Part shown: piece by piece, positions 29,501 through 39,666 of the stretch
Layout of the letters: each line of letters begins with the position of its first letter
How positions within the stretch are numbered: the first letter of the stretch is position 1
NCBI GenBank assembly: GCA_965228735.1
Contig: OZ245838.1
Coordinates: 224,001-288,000 of the forward strand
Reading direction: 5' to 3'
From: Planctomycetota bacterium
GTDB taxonomy: Bacteria > Planctomycetota > UBA1135 > UBA2386
Length of the DNA stretch: 64,000 bases
Translations under genes and position numbers: made by a program
Notes under the pieces: model-generated
What the model was told of the DNA's origin: nothing
The model's input: the letters and a program-made list of their open reading frames with translations, nothing else
The model's database searches: none

Positions 29501-31000
29501 ATGACTACCACGAACGCCCCGAAGACCAAGAAGAAGGCGAGTTCCAGCAAGAAGAACATCCTGACGCCGGAGGACTACAAGGTCCGCGATCTCGGCGACG
29601 CCGAGTTCGGCCGCAAGGAGATCAAGCTGGCCGAGGTCGAGATGCCCGGTCTCATGGCCGCGCGTCGCGAATACAAGAACAAGAAGCCGCTGAAGGGTGC
29701 GCGCATCACGGGCTCGTTGCACATGACGATCCAGACGGCGGTGCTCATCGAGACGCTCATCGAGCTCGGCGCCGAAGTGCGCTGGGCGTCGTGCAACATC
29801 TTCAGCACGCAGGATCACGCCGCTGCCGCCGTCGCGGTCGGTCCGAAGGGCACGCCGGACAAGCCGCAGGGCGTGCCGGTGTTCGCGTGGAAGGGCGAGA
29901 CGCTCGAGGAATACTGGTGGTGCACCGAGCAGGCGCTGACGTGGCCGGGCCACGACGGCCCCAACATGATCCTCGACGATGGTGGTGACGCCACGATGAT
30001 GGTCATGAAGGGCGCCGAGTGGGAGAAGGCCAAGAAGGTCCCGGGCATCAAGAAGAACGACCCGGAGGACATGGTCGAGCTCATCAAGTGCCTGAAGAAC
30101 ACGCTCAAGCACAGCCCCAAGAAGTGGAGCAAGATGCTGCCGGGGATCCGCGGCGTCTCCGAGGAGACGACGACCGGGGTGCACCGGCTCTACCAGCTGC
30201 AGAGCGAGGGCAAGCTGCCGTTCCCGGCGATGAACGTGAACGACAGCGTGACGAAGTCGAAGTTCGACAACGTCTACGGCTGTCGCCATTCGCTCGTCGA
30301 CGGCATCATGCGCGCGACCGACGTCATGCTCTCGGGCAAGACGGCGGTGGTCATGGGCTACGGCGACGTCGGCAAGGGCTCGGCGCAGTCGCTGCGCGGC
30401 CAGGGCGCTCGCGTCATCGTCACCGAGATCGACCCGATCTGCGCGCTGCAGGCCGCGATGGAGGGCTACGAGGTCAAGACGATCGACGACGTCGTCGAGT
30501 TCGCGGACGTCTTCATCACCGCCACCGGCAACTTCAACGTGATCACCGTCGACCACATGAAGCGCATGAAGAACAACGCGATCGTCGGCAACATCGGTCA
30601 CTTCGACAACGAGATCGACATGGCCGGCCTCGAGAAGTTCCCCGGCATCAAGCGCGAGAACATCAAGCCGCAGACCGACCGCTACGTCTTCCCCGACAAG
30701 CACGGCGTCATCGTTCTCGCCGAGGGCCGCCTCTTGAACCTCGGCTGCGCGACCGGCCACCCGAGCTTCGTGATGTCGAACAGCTTCACCAACCAGGTGA
30801 TCGCCCAGATCGAGCTGTTCAACAACTTCAAGAAGTACGACAAGGGCGTCTACACGCTGCCGAAGCACCTCGACGAGAAGGTCGCGCGCCTGCACCTCTC
30901 GCATCTCGGTGCGAAGCTGACGAAGCTCAGCAAGAAGCAGGCGGACTACCTCGGCGTGAAGGCCGAGGGCCCCTACAAGCCGAACCACTACCGCTACTAG
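29501..31000 (+). CDS. ahcY: Adenosylhomocysteinase
   Basis: [56 protein letters not shown]. Confidence 0.98.
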   Translation: MTTTNAPKTKKKASSSKKNILTPEDYKVRDLGDAEFGRKEIKLAEVEMPGLMAARREYKNKKPLKGARITGSLHMTIQTAVLIETLIELGAEVRWASCNIFSTQDHAAAAVAVGPKGTPDKPQGVPVFAWKGETLEEYWWCTEQALTWPGHDGPNMILDDGGDATMMVMKGAEWEKAKKVPGIKKNDPEDMVELIKCLKNTLKHSPKKWSKMLPGIRGVSEETTTGVHRLYQLQSEGKLPFPAMNVNDSVTKSKFDNVYGCRHSLVDGIMRATDVMLSGKTAVVMGYGDVGKGSAQSLRGQGARVIVTEIDPICALQAAMEGYEVKTIDDVVEFADVFITATGNFNVITVDHMKRMKNNAIVGNIGHFDNEIDMAGLEKFPGIKRENIKPQTDRYVFPDKHGVIVLAEGRLLNLGCATGHPSFVMSNSFTNQVIAQIELFNNFKKYDKGVYTLPKHLDEKVARLHLSHLGAKLTKLSKKQADYLGVKAEGPYKPNHYRY

Positions 31001-31010
31001 GCGGTCCCGC

Positions 31011-31079
31011 GGAGCGGCGCGGCCGCTCCCGACGACGACGACGAGCCCGGATCCCGCGCTGCGGGGGGCGGGCTTGTCG
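31011..31079. terminator. Two GC-rich hairpins between convergent ahcY and lepB
   Basis: GGAGCGGC-gcg-GCCGCTCC (31011-31029) and CGACGAGCCCG...CGGGCTTGTCG (31039-31079). Confidence 0.45.
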
Positions 31080-31646
31080 CTAGAACACCGTGGCGCGCTG
31101 CAGCGGCCAGAACCGGACCCGCACCCGGCCCTTCAGCAACTTCTTGGCGACGAGGCCGAAGTCGCGGGAGTCACAGCTCACCGGGCGATTGTCGCCGAGC
31201 ACGAAGAAGTTGTCGGACGGCACCGTGAGGCGGGCGAGGTCGTGGTGGTCGTGGATACAGCCATAGTGGTCCACGGCTTCACCGTTGACGAACAGGTCGC
31301 CGTCGCGCATCTCGACCTCGTCACCGGGCAGCCCGACGACGCGCTTCACGAAGTCGATCGCATGGTTGCGTGGGTTGCGTAACACGACGACGTCGCCGCG
31401 CTCGACTTCGGACATCGAGTAGCTCACGCGGTCCACGACCAGCCGATCGCCGTCGAGCAGGCACGGCTCCATCGAACTGCCACGCACGATGGAGACCTGC
31501 AGCACGAACATGTGAATCGTGACCATCAGTGCCGCGCCGAGCACGGCGTCGATGGCGAAGCGCAGGCGGCGCGGTTTGCGAGGCCGCGCGGTGGTCTTCG
31601 GGTGGCGCGCCAGGCGTCGCGGGGCGAGGAGGGCCGGAATCCACAT
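31080..31646 (-). CDS. lepB: Signal peptidase I
   Basis: GSSMEP (Ser), FVKRVVGLPGD (Lys), FVLGDNR..S.DSR.FG; start uncertain. Confidence 0.92.
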   Translation of the reverse strand: MWIPALLAPRRLARHPKTTARPRKPRRLRFAIDAVLGAALMVTIHMFVLQVSIVRGSSMEPCLLDGDRLVVDRVSYSMSEVERGDVVVLRNPRNHAIDFVKRVVGLPGDEVEMRDGDLFVNGEAVDHYGCIHDHHDLARLTVPSDNFFVLGDNRPVSCDSRDFGLVAKKLLKGRVRVRFWPLQRATVF

Positions 31647-31920
31647 GCGTAGGACATCGTCGCGGCGCGCGGTCCGCCTTGACCCTTGTTCGCCGGCTCT
31701 GCGGGGATCACCGCACCGTCGCGGGCATCGTGAGCACGTGGCGTTCGTTCGAATTCCGCATTCCGTGAGGAGGAACTGCCCCATGGTCCCGCGGCTTCGG
31801 GTTCCGAACGCGCGCCATCGAATCTTGGAGTTCAGGTCTCGATCAAAAACTCCGATCTCTGAGATGCACAGCGTCCGATCCCGACTCGCCGGGATCGGCT
31901 GCGTGGAAAAAGGGGGGGGA

Positions 31921-32814
31921 ATGAATCATTCGACGTTGCATCAGATTGCCGGGCAGGAGCGCACGCGGCGCGAGATCCTGCAGCGCGGCGAGCTGATTCC
32001 GCCGCTTCCGGATCTGGTCGTCCGGTTGCTCGCGGTGCTCAACCGGCAGGACACCGAGCCGGAGGATCTCGAGCAGTTGATGCAGAACGACCAGGTTCTC
32101 GTCGCGAAGATGCTCGCGATGGTGAACTCGCCGTTCTACGGCGTGAGTCGGCCGGTCACGACGATCCGTGAGGCCGTCATGGTCCTCGGTTTCCGCGGCG
32201 TTCGCAGTCTCGTGCTCGCCACGAGCACGGCCAAGTTCCTGCAGCGCGACTATTCGTGCTACGGTCATGATCGCAAGGGGCTCTGGCTGCATGCCGCGAG
32301 CGTTGCCGCGGGAGCGAAAGCGCTGGCGCGGGCGCTCGGCATGCAGCAGGAGAGGGCGGAGCGACTGTTCGTTTCGGGGTTGCTGCACGACATCGGCAAG
32401 CTCGTCCTGGCGCCCTACTTCGTGGAAGCGCAGCAGTCGGTCGCGCCCGGCGAATCGGCCACGGAGGTCGAGCGCCGAGTGATCGGGATCGATCACACCG
32501 AAGCCGGTGCGCTGGTGACGGCGAAATGGAACCTGGCCAAGGAGATCCAGGAGGTCGTCAAGACCCATCACGACGCCTCGGGTTCGGAGGCCGATCCCGA
32601 TGTTGCACGCGCGAGCGCCGTCGTCCGTCTGTCCGACGCGATCGCCCACCACCTCGGCATCGGGTACGTCGAGGGCGCCGTGCCCGCGGCGCAGGTCCTC
32701 CCCGAGGACCTCGCCACGTTGGGTCTCGACGACGCGCGCTGGAGTCAGCTGCGCGACGAGATCGCGGCGCAGATGGAGGAGGGCGTCAGCGCGCTGAGCA
32801 GCCTGAGCGCCTGA
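31921..32814 (+). CDS. HDOD domain signalling protein
   Basis: IPPLPD, DQVLVAKMLAMVNSPFYG, GLLHDIGKL, GIDHTEAG. Confidence 0.9.
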   Translation: MNHSTLHQIAGQERTRREILQRGELIPPLPDLVVRLLAVLNRQDTEPEDLEQLMQNDQVLVAKMLAMVNSPFYGVSRPVTTIREAVMVLGFRGVRSLVLATSTAKFLQRDYSCYGHDRKGLWLHAASVAAGAKALARALGMQQERAERLFVSGLLHDIGKLVLAPYFVEAQQSVAPGESATEVERRVIGIDHTEAGALVTAKWNLAKEIQEVVKTHHDASGSEADPDVARASAVVRLSDAIAHHLGIGYVEGAVPAAQVLPEDLATLGLDDARWSQLRDEIAAQMEEGVSALSSLSA

Positions 32815-32828
32815 CTCCGAGATCCAAC

Positions 32829-34511
32829 ATGACGTCGCGCACGGAGACGGTCGCGAACGCGGACCAGCGCGATGCCGCGCTGGCGCCGCTGCACGTCTGT
32901 CGAACCCCTTCGGCGTTGGCGAAGGTCGCGGCTGCGTGGCTCGAGCGGGCGCTGCCCGACGCCGCGTTCGCCATCTGCGCCAACGATCCGAGCGGCGGAG
33001 CGGTGGCCGAAGCCGTGAGCGGCAACGGTTGCCCGTGGCAGAAGGGCCAGCAGGTCGCCGCGGAGGACTGGCACCCGGATGGCGGCAGTCGGCACGCGAT
33101 CCTGGTGAACGAGGACCAGATCGGTGAACTCGTCGTGAGTCGGTCGCTCTCGGCCGAGGAGGACGAGCAGATCGCGGCGTTCCTCGAGCACTACTCCGCG
33201 GCGAGCGTCAATCTCGCACTCGGCGTCGAATCACAGCAGACCGCGGAGAGCTACTGCGCGAGCTTGCAGGCCCTCGAAGAGGCGGTGGTCCTGTTCCAGG
33301 AAGAGGACCCCTGTGTCGTGCACGCTCGACTCCTGAGTCTGGCGTCCTCGCTCCTCCACGCCTCGGCCGCGGCGCTCTACGTGCTGCGGGAGGTCGGCGA
33401 CATCGAGTCCGGGCTGGAACTCGCGTCCGCGCTCGGGATTCCCGAGACGGTGGTCGATGGGCTGCGGGCGGCGGACGGCGGGCCATGGGCGGAACGCCTG
33501 ACGGGGCGGCAGGTCGCATTCCTGACCCGAGACGAGTCCGGCGCTCTGGCTGGGTTGGCGCCCGAGAGCACGCTCGAGGTTCTGCAGAACGTCGTCGTCC
33601 TGCCGTTGCGCTACCACGGCGTCGAAGCCGGAGTCTGCGTGCTGTTCAACGCGGCGATCGACGAACGGCGCGCCGAGGACCACCTTCGGCGGGTGCAGAG
33701 CCTTGGCCAGCTCGGCGCGGCGCTCATGCACCGATTCCAACTCGAGTCGATCGCGGTCCAGAATCGAGCGCTGGCGAAGGAGCTGCAGATCGCCGAGACG
33801 ATCCAGCGTCAGTTGCTGCCCGCCGAGGCGCCGAACGTGCCGGGGTGCGAGTTTGCCTGGTCCTCGGTCGCGGCTGCATACATCGGTGGCGACTACCTCG
33901 ACGTGATTCCCGCGGCGAGAGGGGCGGCCCTCGGCGTCGTGGCGGACGTCAGTGGGCACGGGGTGAACTCGGCGCTCCTCATGAGTTCGTTCCGTTCGAC
34001 GTACCGTGCCGAATGCCGCCGCATGCGGATCGACGCGTTGGCCACGGGGCTCAGCTCGGAGGTCGGTCTGGAAGTCGGCGATACCGGCATGTTCATCACG
34101 GCTGCGATGTTCCGCATCGCGCCCGGCGGCCGTCGGTTGACGATCACGAGTGCCGGCCACAACCCGGTCATGATCTACCGTGCGGAATCGCGATCCGTCG
34201 ACACCGTCGAGGCCTTCGGTCCGCCGCTCGGCCTGTTCCCCGGCGCCGAGTACGGTCACGTCGAGCTCGAACTCCGGGAAGGCGACGTCGTGTTGCTCTA
34301 CACCGACGGCGTCACCGAAGCGATGGCGGCCGGCGGAGACGAGATGTTCTCCGAGGAGCGGTTGGAGCGGCTCTTGATCGACGTTGCGGGGGAGTCGGCG
34401 GCGGCGATCGTCAAGATCATCCGGGACTCGCTCGTGGAGTTCACCGGCTCGGACCAGTTCGAGGACGACGTCTCGATCCTCGTATCGAAGGCGACGCCGG
34501 TCGCGGGATAG
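32829..34511 (+). CDS. GAF plus PP2C/SpoIIE (RsbU-like) phosphatase
   Basis: IGGDYLD, ADVSGHG, SAGHNP, YTDGVTEA, EDDVS. Confidence 0.9.
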   Translation: MTSRTETVANADQRDAALAPLHVCRTPSALAKVAAAWLERALPDAAFAICANDPSGGAVAEAVSGNGCPWQKGQQVAAEDWHPDGGSRHAILVNEDQIGELVVSRSLSAEEDEQIAAFLEHYSAASVNLALGVESQQTAESYCASLQALEEAVVLFQEEDPCVVHARLLSLASSLLHASAAALYVLREVGDIESGLELASALGIPETVVDGLRAADGGPWAERLTGRQVAFLTRDESGALAGLAPESTLEVLQNVVVLPLRYHGVEAGVCVLFNAAIDERRAEDHLRRVQSLGQLGAALMHRFQLESIAVQNRALAKELQIAETIQRQLLPAEAPNVPGCEFAWSSVAAAYIGGDYLDVIPAARGAALGVVADVSGHGVNSALLMSSFRSTYRAECRRMRIDALATGLSSEVGLEVGDTGMFITAAMFRIAPGGRRLTITSAGHNPVMIYRAESRSVDTVEAFGPPLGLFPGAEYGHVELELREGDVVLLYTDGVTEAMAAGGDEMFSEERLERLLIDVAGESAAAIVKIIRDSLVEFTGSDQFEDDVSILVSKATPVAG

Positions 34512-34539
34512 CCCGGACTCTCGCCGGTTCCGGCTCGGG

Positions 34540-36063
34540 TCAGAAGTGACGCCGTCTGGTGCTGCTCTCGATGCCGAGCGCCTTGCGGTACTTCGTCACC
34601 GTACGTCGCGCGATGTGCACGCCGCGTTTGCCGAGCTCGTCCACGAGCTGATCGTCGGACAGCGGTGAGTCCTTGTCCTCGGCGTCGACGATCTGCTTCA
34701 GCGTGTCCTTGATGGCCTGCTGGCTGACCATGTTGCCGGTGTCCGACATCGTGCCGCTGCTGAAGAAGCGCTTCATGTCGAAGATGCCCTGCGGCGTCTG
34801 GATGTACTTGCCCGACACGGTGCGGCTCACCGTCGAGATGTGCACGGAGACCGCATCGGCGATGTCCTGCATCTTCATCGGCTTGAGGTGTTGCACGCCG
34901 TGGCGGAGGAAGCCCTCCTGGCGTTGCACGATCTCTTTCGCGACCCGCTCGATCGTGCTCTGCCGCTGGTGCACGGCCTCGATGAACCACTTGGCCGATT
35001 CGATCTTGCGGCGCAGGTACTCGTAGACCTTGGGGTCGTTCTTGGCCTCGGTCAGCAGATTGCGATAGACGCGGGAGATCGACAGCTCGGGAACCGAGCC
35101 GCGGTGCGTCTTGACGACGAACTGACCGTCGATCTCCTCGACCGTGACATCAGGCACGACCGACGTCGTCGTCTCGGCGTCGAACTCGCTGCCCGGATGC
35201 GGATTGCAGTGGGTGCGGACGAACTCCCAGCTCTCCTTGACCTCCTCGATGGACGCGCCGGTCTCCTTGGCGATCTTCGGCAGCTTGTTCATCGCCAGGT
35301 CGTCGAGATGACGCTCGACGAGCAGCCGCGTCAGCGGGCGCACGAACGCGAGATGATCCAGCTGCATCAGCAGACAGTCGCGCAGGTCGCGCGCGCCGAC
35401 GCCGAGCGGCTCGAGATCGCGCACGACCTGCACGGCCTCGTCGACGAGCGGCATCGGCGCGCCGAGCCGCGTGGCGATCTGCTCCGCGGTGTCCTCGAGG
35501 CGCCCGTTCTCGTCGAGGGAGTAGACGATCTGCTCGATGACGGGCAGGAGCTCCTCGTCGGCCTCCTGCATGCGCACCTGCGCCATGAGATAGTCGGGCA
35601 GCGAGATCGACTTCCCCGGCGTGTTGTAGAGCGCCTCGAGTTTCTTGTCCTCGTCGTCGCCGCCGCCGCCGATGCTGCCTTGCCGCCAGTTGGAGTCGAC
35701 GCGCGACTCGAGCTGGTCGATCTCGGCGGAGAACTCGCGCTGCAGGCGGTCCTCCATCCCAGAATCACGGTCCACCGGGTCGCGGTCCGCCCGGTCGCCC
35801 TCCGTCGAGTCTCGATCATCTCGGCTCCGGCGCTCGTCGTTCCCGTCGCCGTCCGAACCACCGAGCCCGTCCCGGCTGCCGGGGCCGTCCTGGCCGTCGG
35901 CGTCCTCCTGGCGCTCGAGGAAGACGTTCTCCTGCAGCTCCTGCTCGATCTGATCCTTGAGCTCGATCAGCGGCATCTGCAGGACCTTCATGGCCTGGAT
36001 CATCTGCGGCGACTGGATCAGTCGCTGTTCTGCACGCAGTGATTGGGTCAGGCCGAGCCGCAT
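34540..36063 (-). CDS. rpoN: RNA polymerase sigma-54 factor
   Basis: Q/L-rich region I, PLGVGARDLRDCL, HISTVSR HTH, RpoN box ARRTVTKYR. Confidence 0.97.
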   Translation of the reverse strand: MRLGLTQSLRAEQRLIQSPQMIQAMKVLQMPLIELKDQIEQELQENVFLERQEDADGQDGPGSRDGLGGSDGDGNDERRSRDDRDSTEGDRADRDPVDRDSGMEDRLQREFSAEIDQLESRVDSNWRQGSIGGGGDDEDKKLEALYNTPGKSISLPDYLMAQVRMQEADEELLPVIEQIVYSLDENGRLEDTAEQIATRLGAPMPLVDEAVQVVRDLEPLGVGARDLRDCLLMQLDHLAFVRPLTRLLVERHLDDLAMNKLPKIAKETGASIEEVKESWEFVRTHCNPHPGSEFDAETTTSVVPDVTVEEIDGQFVVKTHRGSVPELSISRVYRNLLTEAKNDPKVYEYLRRKIESAKWFIEAVHQRQSTIERVAKEIVQRQEGFLRHGVQHLKPMKMQDIADAVSVHISTVSRTVSGKYIQTPQGIFDMKRFFSSGTMSDTGNMVSQQAIKDTLKQIVDAEDKDSPLSDDQLVDELGKRGVHIARRTVTKYRKALGIESSTRRRHF

Positions 36064-36144
36064 CCTCCCTTTGTAGCGCCAGTGCGCGCCCAGGTCACCT
36101 CCCGGAAAACCCGACCCGGGCGCGCTCGCGGTCCGCGGTCGGCC

Positions 36145-37869
36145 TTACCAGCGGACGATCGTGGCGACCGTCGACCGCCGGCGTCGGCCGTCGTGCAGCA
36201 TCATCGGGCCGTCGCCGTGCAGGATCGGTTGGCCGGCCGCGACTTCGGCGTCGTAGCTGATCGTCTGGGTCGTGAGCTGTGCCAGGTCGAGCGCGCCGGC
36301 GGGCAGCATCTGCCGGGTCGGCTGGACGGCGCAGTCCGAGCACTCGGTGAACAGGTCGAGGTGGGCGCGATCGTCGTTCGTCACCACACGCGCGCGCAGC
36401 CAGCCGCCGAACTGCAGCAGGTTCACGACCGGGTCGACGGCCTTGGCCTCCTCGGCCACCTCGACGTTGAGGCCGCCGATCACGTTCATCTCGAGACGGC
36501 GCGCGACCGTCACGTAACGTCCGGTCAGGGTCGGCACGACGAACTCGTGCAGCGTGCCGCTGTCGTTCTCCTGGCCGCGCACCGAGTGATGGACCGTGAC
36601 CGATGCGAGCAATCGGTCCTGCAGCGCCTGCAGCAGGTCGGCCGCGCGCTTGCTCGCGGTCTTGGTGCCATGGACGAACAGGTAGCCGCCGCCGATCCGG
36701 AGCTCGGTCTCCTCCTGGTCCGATTCGACCAATGAGGAGTAGAGCAGGTCGGTGAGTCGGTCGGGGCTGAGATGGCCGAAGCCGTCCTCCGGGTTCTCGA
36801 ACTCGAAGTCGATGCCGTACGGATCGACGCCCCGCGGGGCCAGGGGCGGCGAGCCCAGGCGCCCGAGCAGCGCGATGCTCGTGAGGGCGCTCACGGGGAA
36901 CGCGCTCACCCCGTCCGCGATCGCATGGCCGCCGGCGGCGGCCGGGCGGCCGGTGACGCGGACGGTCAGCACCGCGGCAGCACCGGCGCGCGGGTCGCCC
37001 GTCATCACGGCGCACAACGCGCCGCCGTTCTCGAACCGGCCCGACAACGTGCCGCACATCGTGCCGAGTCGGATCGAGTCGATCTGCGGCGCGTCCGGGA
37101 TGCCGGTGCTGAGTCGGGCGGGGCCGCCGTCCGGCACCGAATGGGCGAACTGGACGTGGGCGACGAAGTCGCTGCTGTCCGAGAGCGCGTGCGGCAGCAC
37201 GACGACGTGGCTGCCTTCGAAGTACGAGTCCGCACGCGGACGGTGGATCCACGACTTGCTCGCGATCTCGACGTCGACGTCGCGCACGTAGGAGTTCCAG
37301 TGCGAACTGTCGAGGGACACGGGCCGGCTGCTGCGCGTGACGGTCTGGCGCCGCCACAGCGGCTGCCGGTTGGCGGCGAACGCTTCATAGGCGGCGGCAT
37401 CGAGGATGCCCGTGCGCGGCGCGTTGTCGGTGACGGGCCAGAACGCGACCTCGACCGTGAGCGGGCGTGTCACCGCGCGCCGCAGCGCGTCGAGGTCGTT
37501 CTTCAGCTGGGCGACGATCCCGCCGTGGCCGAGCAGGATCAGATTGCCGCCATCGACGTCGATCGCGACCTCGTGGTCGGGGAAGCGGCGCTCGTGCATG
37601 TTCTGCAGGAACTCGTGGATCGACTCCGGCGAGAACTGTTGCGCCATCGATTGGACTCCGAGCTGGTCGATGTCCTCGACGCCGAAATCGCTGTTCACCG
37701 TCGCGGTCATCCAGACCGGCAGGGCGATCTGCGGCGGTTCGGTGCAGACCTGCTGCGTCGGCAGGATCTGCAGCACGGCGCGGTCGCCGTTCTCGTCCTG
37801 CGAGCGCGGCGCCGCGGCAAGGGCAGTGAGGATGGTCACTGCCGAGAGCAAGGTGGGTACGGATTTCAT
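36145..37869 (-). CDS. Exported protein with two tandem secretin-like modules
   Basis: Signal peptide; internal duplication YVRDVDVEIA...P..D...EG / VIGGLNVEVA...DP.V....FG, each preceded by an N3-like segment; C-terminal Trp. Confidence 0.65.
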   Translation of the reverse strand: MKSVPTLLSAVTILTALAAAPRSQDENGDRAVLQILPTQQVCTEPPQIALPVWMTATVNSDFGVEDIDQLGVQSMAQQFSPESIHEFLQNMHERRFPDHEVAIDVDGGNLILLGHGGIVAQLKNDLDALRRAVTRPLTVEVAFWPVTDNAPRTGILDAAAYEAFAANRQPLWRRQTVTRSSRPVSLDSSHWNSYVRDVDVEIASKSWIHRPRADSYFEGSHVVVLPHALSDSSDFVAHVQFAHSVPDGGPARLSTGIPDAPQIDSIRLGTMCGTLSGRFENGGALCAVMTGDPRAGAAAVLTVRVTGRPAAAGGHAIADGVSAFPVSALTSIALLGRLGSPPLAPRGVDPYGIDFEFENPEDGFGHLSPDRLTDLLYSSLVESDQEETELRIGGGYLFVHGTKTASKRAADLLQALQDRLLASVTVHHSVRGQENDSGTLHEFVVPTLTGRYVTVARRLEMNVIGGLNVEVAEEAKAVDPVVNLLQFGGWLRARVVTNDDRAHLDLFTECSDCAVQPTRQMLPAGALDLAQLTTQTISYDAEVAAGQPILHGDGPMMLHDGRRRRSTVATIVRW

Positions 37870-37944
37870 GCGTCGGTCCTCCTGATGAGTGCGGTGGGTG
37901 AGCGATCGCGGCCAGGCGATCGCCGTTGGCGGTCGGGGGCGAAC

Positions 37945-39666
37945 TCAGTCGCCGGCCGTTTGTCGCCGTCGCCGTGGCCCGTCGCGGAACCACTGCGTGA
38001 GTCGCGGGAACGCGTCGTACTTCGCGTTGTGCAGCAGCGAGCGTTCGGTCGCGGTGAGTCGGAGTGGTTGGAGCCACGGTTGCGCTGCCGGCAGCCCGGC
38101 GCGCGCGAGCGCCGTGCGCAACACGAACAGCGACCGGTCGGCGGCCGCGCGGCGCGCCGCTTCGGCGAGCCATGCGTGCGGCAGCTGCGACAACGACCAC
38201 GCCGCGGCGTAGGCCTCTTCGCGGCAGCTCGCGGTCGCCCAGGTCAGCAGCGGTCCGACGACCTGGCGTTCGGGGCTCAGCGCGAGCGCGAGCAGGCAGC
38301 GCACGCGCCGATCGACGGAGCGCGCGGCATGCAGCTCGGCGGTCACCTCGCGGAACGTCGCACGGGTCTGCGCGGCGAACAGCTCGCGGGCCGTGTCGGC
38401 GTCGTCGAGTTCGTGGCGGCGCGCCACGTCGCTCCAGCAGTCGAGCAGCAGCGTCGCACCGCCGGGGCCGCGAACGGGGAGTCGGAGTGCCGCCGCGACG
38501 ATCTCGATCGCGGACGCGTGCTGGCGCACGACGTGGCGGATCGCGCGGTCGAGCTCGTCGACCCCGAGGCGGCTCGCCACCGTGAGGGTGGCCATCTCGC
38601 GAGTCTGCAGCGGCGTCGTCGGATCCGCGTTCGCGAGGCGTCGCAGCGTCGCGTCGAGGTAGTCCCGGATGTGGGCTTCCCGCCGCACGATGAGCGCGGC
38701 GTCGGCCAGCCCGGTCACGTCGCCGTGCCCGGCCGCGAGCGTCCACAGCAGTTCGTCCAGCGCCGCGCCGGCCGCGGGCCGGCCAGGTCGCGTCGCGGCC
38801 GCGAGCGCGGTTGCCGCAGCGAGCCGTTCTCGAGCCAGCAGCCCGGGGTCGCTCAGGCGGCCCGCGAGTTGCCGCGGAGTGAGTTCCGCGAGCTCGGGCG
38901 ACTGGGCCGCTGCGGCGCGCCGGCGATCCAGTCGTGCCCGCAGCCGGCGGGCCGCGTTGTCCGCGATCGCGATCGAATCGGCGCGCGCATCAGGCTGCTC
39001 GCCGGCCGCCGGTTCGACGCCGTCCTGGGCGGCCGCCGTGGAGCCCGAGCCCATGGCAACGGGCGTCGCATCACCGGTCGCGTCGAGCCCGTCGGCGCTG
39101 GAACCGCGGTCCGCGACCGCGACGGCGTCGCGCGCCGCCTCCGCGAACTGCCACAGCCAACCGAGGCCGCCGAACGCGACGAGCAACAGCAGCGTCGGCA
39201 CGAGCACGGCCCGTTGCCGGTCGTTCGTGACCGGTTCGTCGGTCACCGCTTCGACCGGGCTCCGGCCACCGTCCCCGAACTCGATGTCCCCAGGCTCGAT
39301 GTGCCCGAGCTCGATCTCGAGCGGCTCGGCTTCGAATCGCGCGAGCGCCCCGGCGATCACGCGATCGGCCCAAGCCGTGCCGGTGCGGTCCGCGTCGCCG
39401 CGGTCACGGTCACCCGCGACCGGCGTCTCGTCCTTGGCCGACCGTCCCGCGTTCTCCGCGAGCATCGCATCGAGCCGCCGCGCCCGCTGCAGCGCGGTGC
39501 GGCACCCGTCGCAGTCGCGCAGGTGCTCGGCGAGCAGGTCGGGGCAGACCAGGTCGAAGCCACTGTCTTCGAAGCTGCCGTCGGCCGCCCCGTCGATGTC
39601 GCCATCGAGATAGAGCGCGAGCACGGCGTCGGTCCGGGCGCAGAACGCTGCGGGTTCGGCGCTCAT
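37945..39666 (-). CDS. Zinc-binding (HxxxCxxC) membrane anti-sigma factor with helical-repeat extracytoplasmic domain
   Basis: EHLRDCDGC, a single TM (VLVPTLLLLVAFGGLGWLW), Ala/Leu/Arg-rich HEAT-like C-terminus; overlaps the ECF gene by 4 bp. Confidence 0.75.
   Translation of the reverse strand: MSAEPAAFCARTDAVLALYLDGDIDGAADGSFEDSGFDLVCPDLLAEHLRDCDGCRTALQRARRLDAMLAENAGRSAKDETPVAGDRDRGDADRTGTAWADRVIAGALARFEAEPLEIELGHIEPGDIEFGDGGRSPVEAVTDEPVTNDRQRAVLVPTLLLLVAFGGLGWLWQFAEAARDAVAVADRGSSADGLDATGDATPVAMGSGSTAAAQDGVEPAAGEQPDARADSIAIADNAARRLRARLDRRRAAAAQSPELAELTPRQLAGRLSDPGLLARERLAAATALAAATRPGRPAAGAALDELLWTLAAGHGDVTGLADAALIVRREAHIRDYLDATLRRLANADPTTPLQTREMATLTVASRLGVDELDRAIRHVVRQHASAIEIVAAALRLPVRGPGGATLLLDCWSDVARRHELDDADTARELFAAQTRATFREVTAELHAARSVDRRVRCLLALALSPERQVVGPLLTWATASCREEAYAAAWSLSQLPHAWLAEAARRAAADRSLFVLRTALARAGLPAAQPWLQPLRLTATERSLLHNAKYDAFPRLTQWFRDGPRRRRQTAGD

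Noticed and set aside
35760..35910. Acidic low-complexity insertion in RpoN
   Set aside because: Region II of sigma-54 is normally variable and acidic
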